A stretch of DNA of 64,000 nucleotides, taken from contig OZ024740.1 of assembly GCA_964016885.1 (NCBI GenBank), positions 168,640,001 through 168,704,000 of the forward strand, given 5' to 3'. This DNA comes from Eledone cirrhosa (lineage: Eukaryota). The notes under the pieces were generated by a model. It was not told where the DNA came from. It searched no databases and saw nothing but the letters and a program-made list of their open reading frames with translations. Positions 36,140-49,007 of the stretch are shown in pieces (the stretch's first letter is position 1; each line of letters begins with the position of its first letter). The translations under genes were made by a program, and so were the position numbers.

Positions 36140-38468
36140 CTGTGGTTAATTGTATGTTGTCCAGTATTGCAGTCCAGGTATGTGCTCCATTGTTCAGTTT
36201 ATTTTCATCCGTTCTTGTTGCTGTTTAGCTCTGGGCAACCCTGATTGAGCCAACCTATGTGACCATCCTGTCTTTTTAAAGATATGTTGGATTAAATTAT
36301 CTAGTGTGTCTTTTTTTTTTTTATTTAAGATGTGTGATTTGGTTGCTAGGGGGCTCATTCCTGTAACTCGATTTGAAATCTATTTCATTGTGATTATAAA
36401 ATCTTTTGTCATGAAGCGACAAAAGAATGAGAAAAATAATATGTATGTGAGTGTGAAAGGAAGTGTGGAGCAGATACGTTGTTTAAACTATTTATATTGG
36501 CTTCTTAGAATGATATAGCAATTTGCTTTAACGCCAAATATATGTGTGTTCTCCACATAATCTGTCATATTGAATATTACAATATTTTTTAGAACAAATT
36601 ACTTATTTCTATTACCTAATTTTGGCAAAGGAAGTTGTGTACAGATAGTTGTTAATGTTTATATTTTGATACACTGTTGTTATATTAATGTTGTTGCTCA
36701 TCTTATTAAAACATCAAGTTAAGTGACATTGAAAAGCTATGATGTCTCTACAGGCTGTACCGAATTTCTTTAGATGACTCTCTTTAACCTCTTTAACACC
36801 TTTGTTGCCATATATATATAATGAAAGAAACTACCTATAATTTTGAATATAATCAAGAATTTGTGTGTTGTGAACTTGTGATTTGGTTGGGATTCTGTTA
36901 TCTCTTCAAGATTGTGAGATGTTTTTATTCCATATATTCATTTTGTATCAGTTGATCAGTTCTGCCCCATATCCCTTCTTAATAATGGAAGTAAAGTGTC
37001 TTGGGATTTTCAGGCTACCACGCTTAAATATGAACACTTTAGTGTATATAGGAAGTTTCATGTGCATTGGTACCTAAAATGTTAAACATTTTTCAATCTT
37101 AGGTTGATATATTTTGAATTTATATTCTGAAAACTATCAAAGTAAATTGAATTCCTGTCACTATACCAGCAACACAACAATTGTTGCAGTTATGAAAACA
37201 AATGTTTTTCTTCACTGAAACAAGTTGGCTTAATCATAACTATTATTATCTACCAATCACTGTCTTTAAGAAATGACTGCATTTCATGCAATTTCATGTT
37301 ATGGCTTATTACTTTTCTATTCATCATATGCTTTCAACATTTACTTATTCCATTTATTACTTGAAATCTTAGATGTTAAAAGGAAGATTATATGTTTGAA
37401 TGCAATATTTATGAAAACCACCATCATAATCGTTTTTGTTTTGAAAGTTTTCTTTTCCAGTTTTAGTTTTGATTATATAAAGCAAGTTAAGATCCTAATT
37501 GTTTCTTCTTTTACTACCTTTACCTCTGTTCACAGCATAGTTTGGTTGTCTTGCCAAATAACAATATTATATCTTCTCTCAAAGAATCTTTTAATTTTTG
37601 TTGTTAGCTCTGATTAAACTGACCTATGATGATGAACATATATTTTTTATATCAAGGGCTATATTATCCAATCTATCCTTCCACTCTAAAAATGCAGGGT
37701 GTGACTTGAGATAGACATGACTGCTATTTCTAGCAAGTCATGCAGCTATTGGTTTGATATGTGTGTGTGTATATATATATATATGTATATGGATATGTAT
37801 CTCTTTCTCTCTCTTTCTCTCTCTCTCTCTCCCTATCTTCCATATATATATATATAAAACCTGCCTCTAAATGGGACAAACTCGTCTAACCCATGCTAGC
37901 ATGGAAGATAGATGATAAACGATGATGATGATGATGATGATATATTTGTAGAATAATGAGAAGAACTCAATGCAAGAAAGCTGTTGAAACAGCAAAATGC
38001 CATCAATGACAGTGTAGGGTAAAATTTACCTCAAAGGACAGAAATCAGCGGGTAGAACTGTGTTGGCCCACAGAAGTGAAAGGAAGAAAGGAGCAAAAGG
38101 AAGAAAATGGATGAGAGAAGATCACACAAACATTTAAATACACTCATCAGCTTTTAGACTGTCTGTGGTTTTGAGATGAGAGGACAAAAGGAAAGCCAGC
38201 TTGCCTGCTCATGCTGTGTAATGGTGGCCTGACTGGAGGGAGGAGGTGGGAGGAAAATACCTGGTCAGCATGACTAAAAGTGACTGTGACAAAGTTAGGG
38301 CAAAATAACAGGAAGTTAGGGCAAGAAAAACGGCTGTTAAACATCATAATAATAATAAATATAAAAACACGCAAATAGAAATGTTAAAAACAAGATATGG
38401 TTAATTCGACACTGAGAAAGAGATGAGAGTGAAAAAAAAAAAAGCCAGCCTGCTTGTTCCGCTGTGTA

Positions 38469-38502
<34 letters not shown>

Positions 38503-40452
38503 TCATCATCATCATCGTTTAACGTCTATATATATATATATATAGGTAGAAACTTTTGCTATCTAGGTGACCTCAAAAATTGTTGCAGCCTGAGTGTGAA
38601 TTGTGTGAAGGAAGTTTGGGGAACTGTTACAGCTGTCTGCAAAAGGCTTCTCTCTTAGAATGAAGGACAGATTATATGATGCATGTGGTATTGTGTATTT
38701 TTTCCCTGCTTTTCATTTCCCCTCAAGGCGATCTCTTAGCTATCTACCTATCTCTCTGTGTGATTATGCGTACTGATTTTCAATGTAGGTTAGATCATGG
38801 ACACTGCTCCACCTCTAAAGTGATTTATATCATAGTGTCACACAATTAGGAATTTTGAGAGATGGCAGTAGTTGAATAATCAACCCCAGAACTTGACTGG
38901 TACCTTTTTTATTGCCCATCCTACCATTCACTAAACTCAAATCATGAAGGGATGTAACTAAATACCACCAGATAATGTGTGTAATGATTTACTGGTTTTG
39001 CAATTGTCTATTCTTTTTTTATTTTTTAAAATTAAATAATGATTTTTTATATAGATACAAGGCTTCAAATGTAGGAGCCAAGTATAGCTGCCTTCAATTG
39101 ATACTTATTTTATAAACCCTGGAAAAATGAAAGGCAAAGTGCACCTGGGTGAAATTTGTAAAGAGCCAATAAATAAATGCTGTAAGTCATTTTGTCCAAT
39201 ACCCTAAACTTTAGTCTTTGATCTTCTCTGACTAAATAATTAATCAGCCGAGAACAATGACTAAACATCAGACAAAATGACTTAGATCATTTTGTCTGAT
39301 GTAGTACTCAGAGTTTCTAAATAAATAGATAATAAAAAAAATATGCTAAGTCATGCACTTCTTTTAAATAGAATCACAAATACAATGCAGACGAAAATAT
39401 TTTGATATATGTATTTAGTAGTACACAATAGCAGTTTCCTGGGAAAGAAAATATGTGTGGATTAGTTAAGGAATTCTTTAAACGCAGAACACCATCATCA
39501 TCATTTTTATGTCCACTTTTCCATACTTGAATGGGTTGGATACTAAATATATTTTCAGTTATACACATTACCTATATTTTATTCAAATACCACATACTTA
39601 GTACAACTATCTTTTTGTGTCCCATTTGTAGCCACAAGAGCTCCTTGTTATTATGACTATATCCTCATTTGTCTCCTTCTAATCTTTTATTCTTTTACTG
39701 CTTTCAGTCCTTAGACTGTGCCCATGCTGGGACACCACATTCAAGACATTTAGTTGATGTTATGAAACCCAGTACTTGTTTTAAAAAAAATGTTTGGTAC
39801 TTATTTTATCAACCTCTTTTTGTTGAACCACTATGTTATGGGATATAAACTAACACAGGAACAGACACACACACAGCAGTATGGAAGAATGGATGTTAAA
39901 TGATAATGATGATATATAACGGGTGTTAAATGAGGACGATGATAATGATATATATCATCATCATCACTGTTTAACATCTATTTTTCCATGCTAGCATGGA
40001 TTAGACATATTACTCTTATGTGACACAAGTCAAATCAGATGATCATGTCTTGCTCATACATAACTGTCTCTGGCTTGGTTTCTACAGCTTGACGCCCTTC
40101 CTAATACAAATATATATAATGGGCATTAAATGAGGATGATGATAATGATATATATATATATATGTATGTGTGTGTATATATAAATATATATATATATTGT
40201 ATTTTTGTATTTATCGTTGTTGTGGTATAAGCATAGCCACTGCATTCGGTCATTTTTCTTGGTGTCACACTTCTTAACTGTTGTGTTTTACTCTGGATGA
40301 TAATGTTTAGCTTACCGATCTATTGAGTGCTTTGTGATTGCCTCAAACAACATGATTAGTACCTGCTATATGGCAGCTACAACTTCGATTGTATATATAT
40401 ATATATGTACAAAGTGTTAAAACGATCAAATTTTAGTTTAGAACATTTATTA

Positions 40453-40497
40453 GCTGACAATTGTTTCTTCCAGAGGGAAGTCTGGAATCATCGGAGC
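40453..40497 (-). ncRNA. Type I hammerhead motif, CCGAUGA core variant
   Basis: gct-CCGATGA-ttccaga cttccc tctggaa-GAA-ACAATTGT-C-agc. Confidence 0.75.
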
Positions 40498-40751
40498 ATA
40501 AGGAATGTCGAAAACGTGTAACTAGAATCCTAGTCATTTAGAACATTTAGGGTGCATAGTTGTTATTAGTGTCAAAGGAGTTAAAAAGATGTTCCGCTTG
40601 AAATAACACAATTACAGGCAGCACTGGTTGGAAGTGTAATAGGTAAAAGTAAAAGTAAAAAGCACAAGCAAAAAAATCACAAGCAAAAAAAAACACAGGG
40701 AAAGAAGTTATAAGCAAGGACAATTGGTGTACACACAGAGAAAGAGAGAGA

Positions 40752-40810
<59 letters not shown>

Positions 40811-40921
40811 TCGGATCTAGCTGCTTCTTTCCCTAGTCCTGACTCTTTCCCTATATATATATACATATACACAGAGAGAAAAAAGAGAGAGAGAGAGAGT
40901 TAATTCCACAATTACTAAGCC

Positions 40922-40971
40922 ATACTTCAGGACATGTGTTTCACCTAAAATAGGCTTTTCAACTCATGTAT
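40922..40971 (-). ncRNA. Type I hammerhead motif, U3-A8 core variant
   Basis: ag-TTGAAAA-gccta ttt taggt-GAA-ACA ca TGT-C-ct. Stem I is interrupted (atac..ag / ct..gtat). Confidence 0.6.
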
Positions 40972-41170
40972 AGTTGTAGTGAGGTAGTGAGAATTGAAGT
41001 ATTATTGAGCTGGATGGATTCTGTGCAGAAGAGATCAGTTTTCATTTCTGTAACAGGGGAAGCAGCTCTAATTAGATTGTTGTAGAGGAGATATCTTTTG
41101 AAGAACGATCCCTTGTGATAGTTTATCCTGGGATAACATCAATCCTTTTGTTACCCTGGGTCTTTCCTTT

Positions 41171-41590
41171 GGCAGTTACCCTCTGCTGCTTCTGCTGGAA
41201 TCTGCTAGATGGCAGTAGCCATCAGTTTTTCAATATTCATAACTACAGGGTTATCCAAATGGTTTTTTAGATATACGAAATTCACATACTTGTATGTATA
41301 CAGCTATGTCGGAGTGAAGACTTTAAATCTACTTTCAGGCTAAGCCAGCTTGACAGCTCCATATGCAGAAGAGGCTACTCAGCCCATATATGATACATAG
41401 GCGAAGAAACTACATATTTTCACCTGTTTCAAATTCCAGCAGAAAGCAGTGGGGAAAGCATTGCCCTGGTGAAGGCCTAAACCAGAAATGCATTGGCAGT
41501 TATCCTCTGTTGCTTCTGCTGGAATCGACTAGACAGTGCTAACCATCAGCTTTTTAATATTCATAGCTAAAGCGCTTTCCAAATGTTTAT
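41171..41590 (+). repeat. 324-bp-period partial tandem repeat with a degenerate HHR at 41462-41498
   Basis: ggcagtta.cctctg.tgcttctgctggaatc at 41171 and 41495. HHR: tgcc-CTGGTGA-aggcctaaacca-GAA-ATGCAT-T-ggca. Confidence 0.65.
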
Positions 41591-41625
41591 TTGTAAACAT
41601 ACCGTATATCATTAGATATTCAAAA

Positions 41626-41929
41626 TTTATATATATATATGAATGATGATGATGATATATATATATGATGATGATGATAATGATTATATATATATATATA
41701 TTATATATATATATATTATATATATTATATATATATTATATATATATATATATATTATATATATATATATATTATATATATATATATATATTATATATAT
41801 ATATATTATATATATATTATATATATTATATATATATTATATATATATATATTATATATATTATATATATATTATATATATATATATTATATATATATAT
41901 ATATTATATATATATATATATTATATATA

Positions 41930-41960
<31 letters not shown>
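41626..41960. repeat. Compound (TA)n/(ATG)n microsatellite
   Basis: About 270 bp of interrupted TA repeat preceded by ATG runs. Many other (TA)n tracts occur across the window. Confidence 0.98.
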
Positions 41961-41961
<1 letters not shown>

Positions 41962-42054
41962 TCATTAGTTAATCAAAACAAGACCACAAATTTCACAAGG
42001 AAGACATTATTAAAAGATTGTCAACATATTTTAGTTTGATGTAAAGAATGTAGA

Positions 42055-42104
<50 letters not shown>

Positions 42105-42865
42105 TTAATAATAATAATGTCCATTTACAATTGTTTCGCTACTCCATATAATATTTCTGGATCAGATGACTATATATCATAATTGATCTGGTTCAGTTGA
42201 AAATAATTAACATATTTAAAAGACAGAGCGGCTCATCGGAACTTCAAAGGAATATAAATTAAAATAAAATAAAATACCCATAGGCAGATCTCACACAATG
42301 CAGCCTCGACAGATGAATACTGCTTGATTATGGCTGACAACTGATGCAACCAAGACACCATAGTGAAAAACCAATATATGGAACATTATATTATGTAACA
42401 TTCTCTCATTATTTTAATTTATATTCATTTGAAGTTCCGATGAGCTGCTCTGTCTTTTAAATATGTTAATTATTTTCAACTGAACCAGATCAATTATGAT
42501 ATATAGTCATCTGATCCAGAAATATTATATGGAGTAGCGAAACAATTGTAAACAGACATTATTATTATTAATATTATTATTATTATTATTCTCTACATTC
42601 CTTACATCAAACTAAAATATGTTGACAATCTTTTAATAATGTCTTCCTTGTGAAATTTGTGGTTTTGTTTTGCTTAACTAATGAATATTTCCAGCTCTGC
42701 ACACCTAACTTCTGCATGAACCCAGCCGCCTACCTGCTTTCCACTGCATATTGCACATTGAGCACATGCCTTTACGCTTTGGCTTCTAACTAATTCACCA
42801 ATCTCTCTCATATCTCCTCTCCTATCTCCATCTCTCTCTTTAAGATTGGTTACTCTTGAACTGTG

Positions 42866-42866
<1 letters not shown>
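41961..42866 (+). mobile_element. Fold-back mini-element (inverted PLE-like terminal repeats, one HHR per arm, 3' extension)
   Basis: Arms 41961-42266 and 42410-42688 are reverse complements. + HHR at 42434-42553: gtt-CCGATGA-gctgctct..ggagtagc-GAA-ACAATTGT-A-aac. (TA)n on both sides. Confidence 0.8.
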
Positions 42867-42899
<33 letters not shown>

Positions 42900-42935
42900 A
42901 TTATATATATATATATAATATATATATATAATATA

Positions 42936-43188
42936 TGGAGGTGCCACGGCAAAAAAAGCACCCAGCCCACACTGTAAAGTGGACGTGTAGGCGCCACGAA
43001 AAAGCACCCAGCACTCACTGTAAATGAGGTTGGTGTTAGGAAGGGCATCCAGCTGTAGAAATCAAGCCAGATCAGTTCCTGTATGAGCAAGGCATGGTCA
43101 GCCGACCAGACACTGCCCACAACAGGACAACCCGTCTAACCCATGCTAGCGTGGAAGAACGGACGTAAAACGGTGATGATGATGATGA
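42936..43188 (+). mobile_element. SINE or RTE 3'-tail fragment
   Basis: ggaggtgccacggcaaaaaaagcacccagc..ggttggtgttaggaagggcatccagc..(ATG)n. Confidence 0.7.
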
Positions 43189-43240
43189 TATATATATATA
43201 CATATAATATATATATATACATATAATATATATACATATA

Positions 43241-45230
43241 TCATCATCATCATCATCATTTAATGTCCATCTTCCAAGCTAGCATGGGTTAGACCGTTTT
43301 GTTCCATTTGATGCGGGATTAGTCTGGAGACTGTGTCTTGCTTATATGGAAGTGTCTCTGGCAGGTTTTCTACAGTTGGATGCCCTTCCTAACACCAAAC
43401 ACATTTACAGTGTGGTCTGGGAGCCTTTTTACCGTGTCTCCTACACAACCACCTTACACTATGGACTGGATGAATTTTGTTGTGTCATCGACACAGTGGA
43501 CAGAAATGGGAGAATGGGGTAGGGTGTGTGGTGTGGGGTGTATATTGAGTTAAGAGGTGCCTACTGACTTTAGGTTTGTATGTAAGGGAAGGCGAGTCTT
43601 CTGTACAACTGCATGGCACCAAAGATCTCGATCCAGTGACATCGTCTTAGAGAGGTGTAAGTGAGCAAGGTCAGTTTTTATCACCTTGTCCCAGGTTTTT
43701 CTTGGTCTACCCACTCCGTAGCTTCCATCAATTTTTGTTGCTGTGCACTTTTTTATACAGCTGTCATCCTTCATACGCATCACATGGTCATGCCGATGCA
43801 ATCTCCTCTCCAGAACACAACATTTGATTCCTCTTATACTTAGTCTCTCTCTCAATTCATTTATGGTTTGCTGTTCGCGCACATTACTATTACTCATCCA
43901 TCAGAGCATGCAAGCTTCGTTCCTTTCTAATCTACACAAGTCTTCAGCACACAATGCCCAAGTCTCATTACCATGCAATACCGCCGTTCGTATACAAGCA
44001 TCATACAATCTTCTTTTCACTTTTAGAGAAAAACCCCTTGTGGCCAACAGCAGTATTAGCTCTCTGAACTTTTTCCATCCCATTCTAACTCTGGCTACTA
44101 CACTTTCAGAGCACTCTCCTCCACTGCTGATTTTGTCATCCTGGTAATGGAAAGTGTCTACTATTTCTATAGAACCATCTGGGTAGTTGAAGGAGATAGC
44201 ATCCAGTGGGTCCTTGCTACTTACTGCACCTGAGCATCGGCCAAATATAAGATGTACATTCTTAGATAGCTTGCCTGTGATCCCACTACATCTTTTATGT
44301 ACCCATAGTTTGCATTTAGGGCATAGAATGGAATTTCTACCTACTCCTTTCTTACACACTAAGCATGACCATTTCCCAGAGTGCACCTGTGCCCTGTTCT
44401 CCTTTCTACATACTAGAAATTTAGTCTTAGACAAGTTAACTCTAAGACCTTTTGATTCTAGGCTATGCTTCTATGTTTTGAATTTCTTCTCTAGTTCAGC
44501 CATGGATTAAGCTATGAGAGTTAGATCATCTGCATATAGAAGTTTCCATGGGCAGCCAGTCTTAAACCCTTCTGTTATAGCCTGTAGGGCAATAATAAAT
44601 AGGAGGGGCTAAGAACGGAGCCCTGGTAAACCCCTACTATTACGCTAAATTCTTCACTATATTCATTGTTAATTCTAACCTTGCTGACTGTTCCTCTATA
44701 TATGGCTTGTATAGCTCTCAGAAGCCATTCATCTACACCTAGTTTTCTAAGAGTCTACCAGATTAAGGTGCGTGGTACTCTGTTAAAGGCTTTCTCCAAG
44801 TCAACAAAAGCTATGTAGAGGGGTTTACTGTAAGCTAGGTACTTCTCCTGTAGTTGCTGTACAAGGAAAAGAGCATCTGTGGTGCTTTCACCTGGCACAA
44901 ACCCAAACTGCATTTCATCTAGATCAATCTGGTCTCTAATCAGTTGAGTAATAACTCTTTCTGTGACTTTCATGACCTGGTCAACTAACTTAATGCCCCT
45001 ATAGTTTCCTCTGTCCAGGGCGTCTCCTTTGCCCTTGTAACAGTTGACGATAATGCTGATACACCAATCATTTGGTATGACTCCATTCTGTACTGGTTTA
45101 CTATCCAAGTGACTATAGTATGTCCCACCATTCCAGATACCTTTAACATTTTAGCAACTATCCCCGAAGGCCCATCTGCCTTGTCTATCTTCATATCTCT
45201 GATTGCTTTACTTACTGTACTACAGTTGGT
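43241..45230 (-). mobile_element. 5'-truncated, older RTE LINE copy
   Basis: KADGPSGIVAKMLK, YKGKGDALDRGNYRGIKL, QFGFVPG, FVDLEKAF, Cys finger, GRPRKTW. Several stops. Confidence 0.95.
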
Positions 45231-46466
45231 CCTTCTGTGGTATCAATGTGGTGCAGACTATCTTTATTCCATTCATTCGCCGCATTCAGTAGTCTCTCAT
45301 CATGACACTTCCAAGCTACCTTTTGCACAGTTTTCACTTGTCAAATTTCATCCATGCTTTGCTCAGCCTGAGGCTATAGTAGAAGGCACTTGGCCAAGGG
45401 GACACACAGTGTGATTGAACCTAAAATTAGATGGTTACAAAGCAAAGCCCCTAACCAAACAGCCATGCCTGCACTTATGCAATGTATTTTCATACCAACA
45501 TTATAATTCTGCTTCAGTATTTTTATAAATAAAAATACTTTGAAGATGATAATTTCATACTAAAGATTATACAACAGCTATAAATTTAATATCTCTAACA
45601 TATCAGTATTTTTGTCTGATATTGGGCATTTCAGATGTAACAGATGGCTTCTCAATTAAATAAGAATATAGCAAAGCAAATATATTGTGCACTCACTCTA
45701 CAAGTTTGATTCTATGGGAAAGACATGTATAATCTTTGGATAGTTATTCAATAAATTCAATGTTTCTTTTTCAGTCCAGAGCACCATAGACACCTGTTCA
45801 CTTGTAAATTATATATCTTTACCATTATCTTTTGTTTGGGTTATATCCAACAGCTGCGAAACTATGACAATACTTCAATGCTTACATAAAGAGTATCATT
45901 TATGAAATACTGATTTTTGAGAAACATCTGTTTCAAAAATATTGTTGTTCTGTTTGTGACTTTCTAAGAAATTAGTTACTTCTTTAGAAGGAAATATATC
46001 ATACAGAAATCATTCATGGTATTATTTATGTAGATGAATGGCAACAATAACAAAAAAAATTGTTTCTGATATTTTATTGTATTTTGTTTTCATGTTGGTC
46101 ATGAATCTACAAATGAATGGTGTAAGAGAAGTGTTTTATTATAATTCATATTTTTTTCACGTTCTGATTCTGTACATCTTTTTGGAAGTATGTAACAAAT
46201 TTCTAGAATCAAAGATATGAATTAATGCATACTGAAATTCTTCTTGTAAAACAAGTCTACAATCATACAATTTCAAAGTGGTAACAGCTGATAATAGTTT
46301 TGTAATAGAAATCAATACCATAAAAACTGGGTTATTTTGACATTTTCTTTTGCTTTGCAATCACATAGTTTTGAGTTTAATCCTGCTGTGCAGCCTCATG
46401 AGCAAATGCCTTCTACTGTAGCATCAGGATGTGAGTAATTTGGTTGACTGAAATTGGAGATGCCTG

Positions 46467-46525
<59 letters not shown>

Positions 46526-46644
46526 GTGTGTGAGAGAGAGAGAGTCTGCAGTGCTGAGACCAAGGAGACCACACAAGCCTGAACCACCTGGCGCCACGGT
46601 CAGGATTTTACATCTCTCTATCTCTCTCTCTGTATGTATGTATG

Positions 46645-46677
<33 letters not shown>

Positions 46678-47538
46678 GTGTCTGTCCGTCCATGTCATTG
46701 TTTACATTTGTCTGCATCTGTGCTTATGTCCTGTAAATTAATGGTTCAAGAAAATGAGATCAATAAAATATGTACCAGATTTGAAAAAATAAGTACCGGG
46801 ATCGATATGATCAACTAAATTGCATTCTAATCAATGAAACCAGCAAAAGAATAAAATAATATCATATACTTGTTGAGACTTTATGGTAATTTTAGAACTT
46901 ATATTCTCTTTTACTGATAAATTCCAAGATTATTAGCATAACCTGGTTATAAATGGAAAATTAATCAGATGGATAAGAGATAATCTTGTACTTCGACTTA
47001 TTTTCTGAATATCCTAAGATGATAATTAATTCCAAATTCTTTTAGTTGGGCTTGTATGAATTAATCAAGTTGCCTAAAGTAATTCAGTTTATTTTGTGAC
47101 AGCTCTACCAAATTCTTTTGGTTGGTTTTACAGAGTTTAGAAATGCTTTTACAACTCAATTTCAAATATAATTTAACTCATGTATGCTTCTATTACTACT
47201 GTTGAAAGAGTTTATTCATCTAATTTCCATCATCCATATCATCATTAATTTCTTAATGCTTCTCAATTTTAACTGTCTCCCAAATTCATGATTTAGTACA
47301 CCTAAATATTTTCAACATTTAGTGTATATTCTTGTTTTTAGGATAGGTATTGTGTCTCTGAATATTACATGAGGCAACTAAATGTGTTGGTATCAGGAAG
47401 GGCAACAGCTGTAAAACGATGCCCTGTTTAACTCATACCAGTATGGAAAAGCAGATGTAAAAATGATGTTGATGATGAAATAGGTTATTTTAAATGAATG
47501 AGATTTTATATTAAACTTTTGCAATGCTTATATGTATG

Positions 47539-48290
47539 TATGAGGTTTGTCCCAAAAGTAAGGGTACTGATTTTTCTATGTACGACATGGAAATGCAGCA
47601 CCTCATTAATGTATATAGGCATCTTGATTGTGACCTTGGCTACACATACATACTCGTTTCAGTATAGCATGATTAATTGAGTCATTTGTGAGTTATTGCT
47701 GTTTATGTACAGATGTGTTTATAACGTTTGCAATCCAGGAAAATATCAAACAATGATATTCGATCAAATTTTATGTGAATTCAACAAATCTGCCACTGAA
47801 ACATTTAATTCTTTAATATGTACTTATGGAGATTCCACTCTATTGAGAAGTAAGGTTTTTAAGTGGCACAAAGCTTTCAAAGAAGGCTGAGAAAATGTTG
47901 AATACAAATCTCATTCTGGAAGGCTAATCTTATCAACAAATGAACAAAATGTAGAAGTGGCGATGGCAAAAGATTGCAGAAAAAATGGGCTTGGATAAAA
48001 ATGCAGTTCACAGAATTTTAACAGACCATTTGCACATGCAAAAAATTTGTGCAAAACTAGTGACCAAACTGGGGAGCAAAAAGCAAATCAGTTGGAAATT
48101 TGTCAAGATTTACTAGAAAGGCTTGAAATTTGGCCAAATTTCTTTTATAAAGTAATAATAAGAGATGAATCATAGATATTCGATTATGATCCAGAAACAA
48201 AGTAGCAAAGTGAAGAGTGGCTCACGAAAATTTCTCTTTGTCTGCGTGAACAGATCCAGGGTGAAAACAATGATTATCACAGAAAGAATA
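47539..48290 (+). mobile_element. Truncated mariner transposon
   Basis: TA then tgaggtttgtcccaaaagt TIR-like start. KSATETF..YGDSTLLRSKVFKWHKAFKEG, KICAKLV, DES.IFDYDPETK.QSEEW. Confidence 0.88.
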
Positions 48291-48947
48291 AGTCCCATGA
48301 ATTGGACTGGCTCTTTCACTACATCATTATAAGTTACATAATATTTACCAGCATATTTTAATCTTTTGCGCCAATGATGCAGTCTTCATTCAGATACTCA
48401 ACCTGCTACAAATCACATCATGCCATTGTACAAAACATATACTATGTCTAAAAGAACAACAACAACAAAACAAACAAACAAAAAAAAACGGAGATAGTAA
48501 CAGCTGGAATACCTGTGATCATAGGTTTGCTCAATCAGAACACAACCTGGTGCTAGACAGAAACAACATAACAATTACTATAATTTGAAAGATGTTGGAA
48601 ACTAAGTTGTGTCAAAGACACATAAATGCACCATAAATGCACCCAGTACATATTGTAAAATTGTTGGAGATATGAAGAGTATCCACCTATTGAAAACTTG
48701 CCAAACAAAGTGTTGGGAGGACCTTTCAGCGCTGTCAGTTTCCCACATGTTGGTGTCACTCAGCTAAGCACAGGTCTGTATGTGAAATGCAGGCCCCCAG
48801 TTTATCTGAAAGGTCAGTAGCCCAATTTGAGTATTGACTCTGTATGTGAAGACCTGTCCAATCCTTGCTGGTATGGAAATCCTACATTAAATGAAGATGA
48901 TGATACATACATACATACATACATATAAACATACAATTTAAAAAAAA

Positions 48948-49007
<60 letters not shown>

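Noticed and set aside
41643-42039. ORFs rich in I/Y/L (also 35981-36244 and 46396-46736)
   Set aside because: These are translations of (TA)n and (TG)n microsatellites.
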